Positions 62,849-64,000 of a stretch of 64,000 nucleotides of DNA are shown piece by piece (position 1 is the stretch's first letter; the number at the start of each line of letters is the position of its first letter). The notes beneath the pieces were generated by a model. It did not search any database. It saw only the letters and a program-made list of their open reading frames with translations, and was not told the origin of the DNA. The position numbers and the translations under genes are program-made. The DNA comes from Octopus vulgaris (Eukaryota), in NCBI GenBank assembly GCA_951406725.2, contig OX597823.1, positions 53,940,001 to 54,004,000 of the forward strand, given 5' to 3'.

Positions 62849-64000
62849 CTTTTGTTACATAGCTACGATGAACCATAGGTGAAAGAGAATATATATTTTA
62901 ATGGACTAACAATTCAACCAAATCCACTCACAAAGTTTTGGTCAGCTGGGGGCTGTAGTAGCAGACTCTAACCCGAAGTGCCATGCAGTGGACTAAACCC
63001 AGAACCATGTGGATGGGAAGAAAACTTCTTAACACACAGCCACTTAAAAGTTACCTTCTCGATTCATGTCAACTCAGAAAGGTTGGTTTCCCAGTTTCAT
63101 GGTATATATATTCCCTACCTGAATGGGATGCCAGTCTGTCACAGAATTTTTGCTAGCTGAGTGGACTGGAGCAATGTGAAATGAAACGTCTTGCTCAAGA
63201 ACACAACGCATCGCCCAGTCTAGGAATCGAAACCACAATCTTACAATGATGAGTCCAACACTATGCCACACGCCTCCATTCCTGTAGAATAAATACTGAT
63301 GTTGATAAAATTAACTAAAAAGCCCGTTAAAATGACAGAAACTAATTTAAAAAAATATTTCCCTATCTTACAATATACTATAAACTTGGAGGCAAAGGAA
63401 ATGAGACATGAGTATATACTTCTATCATCATTTAACGTCCATTTTCCATGCTGGCATGGGTTGGATGGTTTGCCAGAGAGTTGCACCAGGCTCCAGTTGT
63501 TCATTTTGGCATGGTTTCTATGGCTGGATGCTCTTCCTAACACCAAACGCTTTACAGAGAGTACTAGGTGTGCTTTATATGTGACACCAGCACAGGTGCT
63601 TTTTACAAGACACCAGCACAAGTGCTTTTTACAAGACACTAGCACCTGCAGGGTCACCAAGTAGATTGCAAGACAAAGACCTCTCAGCTGAGTGAGAAAG
63701 TAGAACCAAGAGAAGTGGTTGTGTTTCAGGCAAGAGGTTAGAATACCATAGAGGGACAGGAATAGTTGTCTTACACAAGAGGAGATACTTGGCTATCCCA
63801 GTAGAACAAAGAAGGAAAAGGAGGTGGGAGAGAGAAAGATAGAAACAGAGTGAGAGGGGAGAGAGGAGGGACTTACCCACAGGGAACAGTGGTGGGAAGT
63901 ATAAATTGTACAGAGAGTATAGTGATGTTCCATAAAAGCATGAGGAGAGATATTGAGAGATACCAAGTGATGGCGAGAAGAACTGGAAGGGCCTGCAATG

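Overview
Eukaryotic, AT-rich, repeat-dense animal DNA. The tRNA-derived SINEs with (GAT)n and microsatellite tails and the RTE, Dong/R4 and Penelope relics suggest a coleoid cephalopod, probably Octopus; this is an inference. Two minus-strand genes were reconstructed by hand. The first is the first coding exon of ABCF3 (304-385), with its CpG-rich promoter at about 390-660. The second is NUP133: 31 coding exons from 12102 to 61957, all GT-AG with consistent phases, giving 3063 nt or 1020 aa plus stop, with the N-terminal exon(s) probably beyond the right edge. Most other ORFs in the track are TE or microsatellite noise. The most notable non-genic signals are: (a) several hammerhead-ribozyme-like cores with long stem II and palindromic stem III in small Penelope-type elements, one sense within a NUP133 intron; (b) three junctions where a retroposon 5' end is fused to an inverted copy of nearby DNA, including a perfect 111-bp inverted repeat bracketing an in-frame NUP133 exon; (c) a young composite retro-element with an 18-bp G-rich array and about 515-bp tandem 5' monomers. 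Exon coordinates were counted base by base; TE boundaries are approximate unless TSDs are given.
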